From Chloroflexota bacterium (GTDB taxonomy: Bacteria > Chloroflexota > UBA11872 > VXOZ01), in the NCBI GenBank assembly GCA_963662335.2, contig CAXXVD010000005.1:638027-702026 (forward strand): a stretch of DNA of 64,000 nucleotides. The letters are read 5' to 3'. Both the position numbers and the translations under genes were made by a program. The notes beneath the pieces were generated by a model. That model was not told where the DNA came from and searched no databases. It saw nothing but the letters and a program-made list of their open reading frames with translations. Positions 57,087-64,000 of the stretch are shown piece by piece (the stretch's first letter is position 1; each line of letters starts with the position of its first letter).

Positions 57087-59007
57087 TTGGCGGCGCGCAA
57101 CGGGTGGCCGCGGCGCATCACCACTGCCACCGTACGGGCGTTCAGCAGCGTCACGCTGGCAATTCTCGTGTGGCTCTGCGCCGCCTACCCGGCGCAGGCG
57201 CAGGGCGTTCGCCAAGAAGGCGCGCCGGACTTCGTGGTGCCCGGCGGCTGGTTCTATACTCAGACCGGCGGCGGCACGGGCCTGGGCTACGCCATCCTGG
57301 ACTACGACGGCATTGGCTTCTGGAACGCTTTTCTCCAACGCGGCGGCGTGGCCGGGTTGGGCTACCCGGTCTCCGGTCGCTTCATCCTGGACGGCTTCGT
57401 CTACCAGGCCACCCAGAACGCCCTCATGCAGTGGCACCCGGCCGCGAACAGCGTCCAGCTTGCCAACACGTTCGACCTGCTCTCCGCCGCCGGCTACGAC
57501 GACTGGCTGGTGGCCTACCGCCAGATTCCCAAGAGCTTCGACTGGTCGGCGGACGATCCAATCAACGACTGGGAAGGCACGGTGCAAAACCACCTCACGC
57601 TCATCTTCGAGCCGCAAGCCGGCGATACGCCGGCGATGATTGCGGCGCGCGCCGCCCTGAAAGCGCGTTTTCTCAGCGACGCCAACTGGCTGCCAAATAG
57701 CGGCTTGCCGCTGGCAATCCAGGACTTTGGGCCGGTGGTCGTCATGCGCGCCCAGCGGGTGGCGCTGCAATACTGGAAAGAGGCCGTGCCGTGGGCGAAC
57801 GCGGGCGACGTCACGGTGGTGCTCGCCGGGGACGTGGCCAAGGACGCCGGCCTGATTCCGGCAGCGGCCGCGCAGCCGGTGGACGTCCCCGAAGCCTTGA
57901 CGCGCGCGGCGAATCCGCCCGGCGGCGCGCAGCCTGCGGCTGCCGGGCAGACCCCGCAGCCAACGCCGGCCCCCGCTCCCACCGCCACACCGACGCCTGC
58001 GCCAGCCGTTGCGACCGCTGCCACACCCACACCGCCGGAGGCCGTTACCCAGGCCCCTACGCCCACGCCCGGGCTGAGGGTCGCGGCGGCAATGTCTGAT
58101 GAAGCAAGCTCGTCCCCAACGGAGCGGCAAGCCCTGGTCGCCCTTTACAACGCCGCCAACGGCGCAGCCTGGGAGGACAAAGGCAACTGGCTGAGCGAGA
58201 GGCCGCTCGGAGAGTGGCACGGCGTTGTGGTCGATGGCGAGGGGCGCGTGATTCTGGTGAACCTCTTCGACAACAGATTGAGCGGTACGATACCGGCGGA
58301 GTTGGCCAACCCTCACCCGCCTGCAGGTGCTGGATCTCAGCCGCAACCGGCTGAGTGGGTCAATCCCGCCGGCGTTGGGCAACCTGGGCAGTTTGTGGAT
58401 GCTGAACCTCGGGGAGAACCAGTTGAGCGGAGGAATTCCGGCGAGTCTGGGCAACCTCGCCGGCCTGGAATCGCTGTTGCTCCAGGAAAACGGGTTGCGC
58501 GGCGGCATACCGGCGTCCCTGGGCAATCTCTCCAACTTGCTGAGAATGTCCCTCTCGCAGAACTTCCTGGAAGGGGGCATTCCGGCATCGCTAGGCAACC
58601 TCTCCCGCCTGGCAGAGTTAATTCTCGTCGGGAACAACCTTAGTGGGGAACTACCGGCGAATCTGGGCAGTCTCTCCAACCTGAAGGAACTGGACCTCAC
58701 CGGCAACCAGCTTAGCGGGGAGATTCCGCGCGCATTTGGCAACCTCGCCAGCATGGAGCGGCTGAATCTCGGCGGCAACCGGTTGAGCGGCAGTATCCCC
58801 CGCGAGTTGGGCAACATCTCCACCCTGACGCGGCTGACCGTCAACCATAATCAGTTGAGCGGGAGCGTGCCGCCGGAATTGGGCAACCTCACCCGTTTGC
58901 AAGTGCTGCGTCTCGATGGGAACCAGTTGAGCGGTTGCGTGCCGGCCAACTTGCAGAGCCGGTTGTTCACGGTCTACTCCAACCTGGGCGGCCTGCCGTA
59001 TTGCTAG
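57087..59007 (+). CDS. Secreted protein: Chloroflexi-type surface repeat, Pro/Thr linker, plant-type LRR; +1 frameshift near 58310 (start uncertain)
   Basis: Signal AQA/Q; FW..F...GG...LGYP.S.RF; ALVALYNA.NG..W..NWLS.RPL.EWHGV cap; ~10 LxLxxNxLSGxIPxxLGNL repeats split over two ORFs. Confidence 0.8.
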
Positions 59008-59144
59008 CGCTGCCGGCAAGGCCGAAAGTAGGGAATTTGCTGCAAGAGGGCGCCACGGCTACGCACAAGAGCCTTTGGAATCTCGCATGACGCCGGTAGG
59101 GGCACGACGTGTCGTGCCCCTACCGGCGTCTGCCGCGCCCGCCG

Positions 59145-59972
59145 TTAGCGATGTTTCTCCGCGTCCGGCGCGGCGAGTTCCTGCGAGCGGCGGTACGCGG
59201 CCATGACCGCGTCATGCAACGCCGCGCGCACGCCGCCCTGCTCCAGCGCCTGCAAGCCCTCGGCCGTGGTGCCGCCCGGCGAAGTGACGAGATTGCGCAG
59301 TTCGGCCGGGTGCGCGTCCTCTATTTCGGCCATCAGGGCCGACCCTTTCACCGTTTGCAGGATGAGCGCGCTGGCCGTTTCGCGGGGCAGGCCGACCCGC
59401 ACCGCGCCGTCGATGAGCGCCTCCAGCAGCAGGAACACGAACGCCGGCCCGCTGCCGTTCACGGCGGTGGCCATGTCCAGGTAGCGCTCGTCGGGCACGT
59501 AGAGTTCGGTTCCGGCCGCCACGAAGAGCGCTTCCGCCTGCGCCCGTTGTTCCGCGGAAATCACCTCAGTGGCCGTCCACACCGTCGCGGCTTCGCCAAT
59601 GGTGGCCAGGATGCTCGGCATGGCGCGCACCAGGCGCACGTTGTCCAGGTAGGAACTGATCGTGCTCAGCGGCACGCCGGCCATGATGGAGATGACGAGG
59701 GCGGTCTGGGGCACCGCGGCGTGCAGCGGCGGCAGCGCCGCCGGCACGTGCTGGGGCTTGACCGCCAGGACGATCACGTCCGCGCCGCTCACCACCGCGG
59801 CATTGTCCGCGTCCACGTCCACGCCGTGTTTCGCCGCCAGGTGGTCCCGGCGGCCCGCCACCGGCTCGCCGACCGCGATCCGGCCGGCGGGGCACACCTC
59901 CTGGGCAATGGCGGCGGCCATCAGCGCCTCGCCCATCGCGCCGCCGCCCACGAAAGCTAGCTTTTGGATCAT
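59145..59972 (-). CDS. proC: Pyrroline-5-carboxylate reductase
   Basis: G.G.MG, LAVKPQ, VRAMP, GSGPAF, VTSPGGTT. Confidence 0.95.
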   Translation of the reverse strand: MIQKLAFVGGGAMGEALMAAAIAQEVCPAGRIAVGEPVAGRRDHLAAKHGVDVDADNAAVVSGADVIVLAVKPQHVPAALPPLHAAVPQTALVISIMAGVPLSTISSYLDNVRLVRAMPSILATIGEAATVWTATEVISAEQRAQAEALFVAAGTELYVPDERYLDMATAVNGSGPAFVFLLLEALIDGAVRVGLPRETASALILQTVKGSALMAEIEDAHPAELRNLVTSPGGTTAEGLQALEQGGVRAALHDAVMAAYRRSQELAAPDAEKHR

Positions 59973-62162
59973 AGCTCTTCCCTTTCAGAGTATTCTATCT
60001 GCCACGCCGCGCCTTCCCAGCGCAGCGTCACGTAGCCGCGATTCGGCGGCCGGACGACGCGCACGCCCTGCGCCCGCCACTGGGCGTCGCTTGTGTCCGG
60101 CCACGGTTCGTCCAGCACCAGCAGGCGCGGTCGGAGCGTTGCCACAACGTGCGCCAGCCGCGCCGGCGCAATCGCCCCTTGCACGATGAGCGCCGCCACC
60201 GGCGGCAGGCCGTGCACGTTCGCGTTTGCCTGTATGATAGCAAGTTGCTGGCCGCCAAGCGTGACGCGCACTACGTCCGGCGCGCCGCCGCCCTGAATTT
60301 CCAGCGTCTCGGCGGCGCTCAGGGCGAGCTGGTAGCGGTCGCCGGCCGGCAGGCCCCGGCTGTCCCCGCCAGTTTCCAGCACCCATCGCTCCCCATCGGG
60401 CCGCAAGCTGTTGGCGGCGGCATCTCGCGGCGGCAGCGCGCCGCCGCCCCCAATCCAGAGCGCGGAATCGCGTTGCCAGATTGGCAGCAGGCGGTCCAGG
60501 TCGTAGCGGCTGGGCGGCGCGCGGTAGCCGATGAGCAGCGGCCGGCGGCGCGGCAATTCGACCAGCGCCGCGCTGCCCAGGGAGCGCTCCAGCAGCGTCA
60601 CGCTGGGCTGGCGGTTGTATTCGGACGCAATGCCGCCCGCCAGCACCAGCAAGATGCTGCCCACCGTGCCCACGCTGAAAACGGTCAGCCACGAGAGCGG
60701 CGCACGCTCCAGGCGGAACGGCGCGCCGGTCGCAACCGAGCCGCGCCGCAGCCACAACGCGATGAGCAGCGTGAGCACCGCGGCCAACGCGGCCGGCAAC
60801 ACGGCCCCGGCGGAGAGCGTCAACGACGGCCAGCGGCTGATCTCCGTGGCCACGCGGATGAACGCCTCCAGCGGCAGGTACGCGCTCCACGCCAGCACCT
60901 GCCCGGGCGCCCGTGTGCGCGAGGCCCGCGGCCGTCGCCACCGCGCCGCTCAGCATAATCCAGGGTATGAGCGGTATTGCCAGCACGTTGCTAATGAGAA
61001 AGAACGGCGATACCCTACCGAACACGTACAGCAGCCAGGGCAGGACGAAAAGTTGCGCGGCGAGGGTCGGCGCGACGATTGCCGGCAAGGGATACGGCAG
61101 CCAACGCAAGCGCGCGTGCAGGGGCTCCGCGAGCACCATCAGGCCGGCCGTGGCCGCCACGGAAAGCTGGAAGCCCACGTCCCACAGGATGTTTGGGTCC
61201 CAGGCGGTCATCGCCACCGCGGCCAGGGAGAGCGCCGACCAGGGGTCCCGGTCGCGTCCCAGAGTGGCGGCCAGCAGCAGGAGAATCGCCATCACCGCGG
61301 CGCGCACCACCGCCGGATTCGCGCCGACCAAGATCGTATAGAGCGCCACGCCGCCAATGCTCAGCCAGAGCGAGCGCCGGCCAAAGAGACGGCGCGTGAC
61401 ACTCTCCAGCATGATGGCGACAATGGTCATGTTGAAGCCGGAGATGGCGATGAGATGAGTGGTGCCGGAGAGATCGAACGCCTGGCGCAAGGCGGCGGGA
61501 ATGCCGGCGCGGGCGCCAAGCAGAATCCCCTGCAGCAACGGCGCGTGCGGCCGCGGCAGGATTTCCGCCATCACGCCCAGCAGCCGCTCTTTCACCCCGT
61601 AGAGCGCGCGCAAATACGGCCGGCCGCGTTCCCCCGGCAGCGTCTCTACCCGGGGAAAGGCCAGCAGCGCCTGCACACCCCGCCGCTCCAGATAGCGCTG
61701 GTAGGAAAGGCTGTTGACGCTCGCCACCGCCTCCAGGCGGCCGCTGAGTTCCCAGGCCGTGCCGTACCGTGCCGGCTGGACGGGCGGAAGCGTGATCCAC
61801 ACGTGCCCGGCAGCGGGCCGCCAGCCGTCGCCGCTCCACACAGCCTCGGCGCGAAACTTCACCCGCGTGCTGCGCTCGGAACGGGCCGGTTCGGAGTCCG
61901 TCCAGCCCCGCAGCGTGACTGCCTGGCCCAGGTAGGGTTCCAGCGGATTGGCAGCGGCGGCGCTGGCCGCGGCGTGGTAGCGCATCATGCCCAACGCGGC
62001 GGCAACCAGCAGCAGCGCGCCCAGCGCAACCGGGCGCGTACCCGCTAGCGCCAGGCCCAGGCCGCTGAGAAGCAAGAGCGCGGCCACGGCCAGCGGCAAC
62101 GGCGGCAAGAGCGTTCCCAAGACGATGCCGGCGAGAAACGCCGGCCCCAGGACGCGCGTCAC
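59969..62162 (-). CDS. comEC: ComEC/Rec2 competence channel, frameshifted near 60905, with a degenerate C-terminal domain
   Basis: G..HLIAISGFN, VVRAA.M, DVGFQLS..AT, SNV...P; reading continues in ORF 59969-60898. Confidence 0.82.
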
Positions 62163-62281
62163 GTCCGGCTAGTCCCGTGTTTGTGCCGTAGTTCCATAGC
62201 CTATAATCATAGGGGCATGGACGGGCGGACGTGAACCGGACGCGCTCCGGCCGCGCGCGGCCGAGGAGAGAATAGAGAAGC

Positions 62282-63247
62282 GTGCTGCAAGCCCTGGCGG
62301 ACCACTACGTAGCGATGATCGTTCTCGCCGGCCTCATGGCGCTGGGCGCGGTGGGAGTAGTTCTCATTATTTCCGCGCGCACGGGGGAAACCCTGATTCA
62401 TCCCGATCGCGGCTGGCGCTTCCTGGAAGTCCCCGGCAATACCGAACGCCACGCTTCCGAGAACCAAGGCATCGGCCCGGCGCTGGAGCCGCTGGCGTTT
62501 CCGGCTACCGACGGCGTGCGGATTGCCGGCTGGTTCCTGGCGCATCCGCGTCCCGTGGGCACAGTGCTGCTGTTGCACGGCTTTGGCACGAACCACTTCG
62601 GCCTGACGCATCTGGCCTATGACTTGCGCGAACACGGCCTCCAGAGCCTGCTGATCGACTTCCGCGGGCACGGCGCGAGCGAAGGCGAGGCGACGACGCT
62701 GGGGCTGCGGGAGCAACAGGACGCGCTGGGGGCATTGGCGTATCTCCGGTCGCGCCCGGACCTGGATGCGGACCGCATCGGCGTGTACGGCGTTTCGATG
62801 GGCGGCGCGACGGCGCTGCTCACAATCGAAGATGGGCTCGGCGTGCGCGCCTTAGTCACCGACTGCGCGTTCGCGACGCTGCGCGGGGCGATCGACCACG
62901 GCTTCCGGCGCATTGCCGGCCTACCGCCCTCGATATTTCGCGCTCCCACGGTCTGGTTCGCCAGCCGCTTTGCCGGTGAAAGACGCGATGCGGTGCTCGC
63001 TGCGGTGCAACCGTTGGCGCGCATGAGACGGACCGCGTCGTGCCCCCTGCTGCTCATTCACGGCACGGAAGACGACGTGGTCTACGTGCAGGACGCCTAC
63101 CAACTCTACGTGGCCGCCGCGGAACCCAAAGACCTCTGGATCGTGCCCGGTGCGGGCCACGGCCAGTCCCACGCCATAGCGGGCGCGGCCTACGTGGAAC
63201 GAGTGGCCGCCTTCTTTGCGGACGCGTTCGACCGCTGCTCAGCATGA
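62282..63247 (+). CDS. Membrane-anchored alpha/beta hydrolase
   Basis: DG..I.GW, LLHG, DFRGHG.SEG, GVSMGG, IHG.ED, GAGH. Confidence 0.88.
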   Translation: MLQALADHYVAMIVLAGLMALGAVGVVLIISARTGETLIHPDRGWRFLEVPGNTERHASENQGIGPALEPLAFPATDGVRIAGWFLAHPRPVGTVLLLHGFGTNHFGLTHLAYDLREHGLQSLLIDFRGHGASEGEATTLGLREQQDALGALAYLRSRPDLDADRIGVYGVSMGGATALLTIEDGLGVRALVTDCAFATLRGAIDHGFRRIAGLPPSIFRAPTVWFASRFAGERRDAVLAAVQPLARMRRTASCPLLLIHGTEDDVVYVQDAYQLYVAAAEPKDLWIVPGAGHGQSHAIAGAAYVERVAAFFADAFDRCSA

Positions 63248-63305
63248 GAACTCGCGCAGGCGGGGGACAAGCCGCCGCGCTACGGCCGGATGAGTGAGCC
63301 GGGCG

Positions 63306-64000
63306 CTACGTGCGCACCAGGCCGCGGGCAAAGTCGGAGACGGCGTCCAGGCGCGCCACGTCCGCCGGGCTGAGCGCGACGGCCGCGGCCGCGAGGTTGT
63401 CCTCGAGTTGGAAGTGATTCTTGGGGCCGATGATGGCGGATGAGACGAACGGCTGGGCTACCACCCATGCCAGGGCAATGGCGCTGGGCGTGGCGCCGTA
63501 CTCCCCCGCAAGCTCGCGCAGCATCTCCACCACGGCGAGATTTGGCGCGGACATCATGCGGTCGTAGTGCTGCGGCAGCGACGTAATGCCGTCCGGCCCG
63601 CGGCAAACCGTGAGTCCGGCGGCGGGGGCGCGCCCAGCTTGTACTTGCCGGTGAGGAAGCCGCCGCCGAGCGGGCTGTGCGCCACGATGCCGATGCCGAG
63701 CGCCTGCGCCATCGGCACAACCTCTTGTTCGATCGCACGGTCGATCAAGCAGTAGCGCGGCTGCTCCACCACCCAGGGCGTCAGCCGGTTGCGCTCCGCC
63801 AGTCGCAGGCCGTGGGCGATCTGCCAGGCGGCAAAGTGCGACGTGCCGGTGTAGCGCACTTTGCCCTGTTGCACCAGGTCGTCCAGCGCGCGGATAGTCT
63901 CTTCCAGCGGCGTGGTGGGGTCCGGGATGTGAATGTAGTAGACGTCGATGCAGTCGGTCCGCAAGCGCCGCAACGATCCCTCGACCTCCGGTAGATGTGG
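63306..64000 (-). CDS. Aldo/keto reductase (5' truncated), frameshifted near 63595
   Basis: SLRRL.TD.ID.YY.H.PD..TP.EET..ALDDLV..GKVRY.G.S, SPL.GG.LTGKY; C-terminal ALAW...P...S.IIGP in the other frame. Confidence 0.85.
   Translation of the reverse strand, partial: TSTGGRGIVAALADRLHRRLLHSHPGPHHAAGRDYPRAGRPGATGQSALHRHVALCRLADRPRPATGGAQPADALGGGAAALLLDRPCDRTRGCADGAGARHRHRGAQPARRRLPHRQVQAGRAPAAGLTVCRGPDGITSLPQHYDRMMSAPNLAVVEMLRELAGEYGATPSAIALAWVVAQPFVSSAIIGPKNHFQLEDNLAAAAVALSPADVARLDAVSDFARGLVRT

Overview
High-GC bacterial chromosome segment. It is most likely from a Chloroflexota genome and possibly a marine host-associated (sponge-type) lineage; this is an inference from the Chloroflexi-like secreted domains, the plant-type LRR protein, the PhyH paralogs and the dense REPs. 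Most of the window is housekeeping: a Zn/Mn ABC transporter, ferritin, hflKC, ppc, murJ, ctpA, tatA, efp, ftsEX, tuf-rpmG-secE-nusG-rplK-rplA, mtaB, prmA, dnaJ, grpE, proC and comEC, plus three tRNAs (Gly-CCC, Arg-GCG, Thr-GGT). Intergenic spaces are saturated with several REP-like palindrome families. The most unusual items are these. (1) An accessory region (~32.1-37.8 kb) downstream of rplA holds two paralogous secreted proteins built from a shared N-terminal module plus active (HExxH) and dead (IWP) zincin-like repeats; a ~110-nt branched hairpin lies upstream and small TM/coiled-coil genes lie beside them. (2) A 38-aa, translationally coupled (RGDF)x4 peptide ORF sits immediately before murJ. 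(3) The order ftsE-ftsX-ftsE2-M23 includes two FtsE paralogs. (4) A BCCP homolog after efp lacks the biotinylated lysine. (5) A 6S-like long hairpin lies between converging genes. (6) A grpE-dnaJ-orphan methyltransferase-prmA operon lacks dnaK and may have been separated from mtaB by an inversion between REP doublets. Three single-base frameshifts in short homopolymers (LRR gene, comEC, AKR) may be sequencing errors. No CRISPR array, transposase or prophage was seen. All family assignments come from motif recognition by eye, not from database searches.
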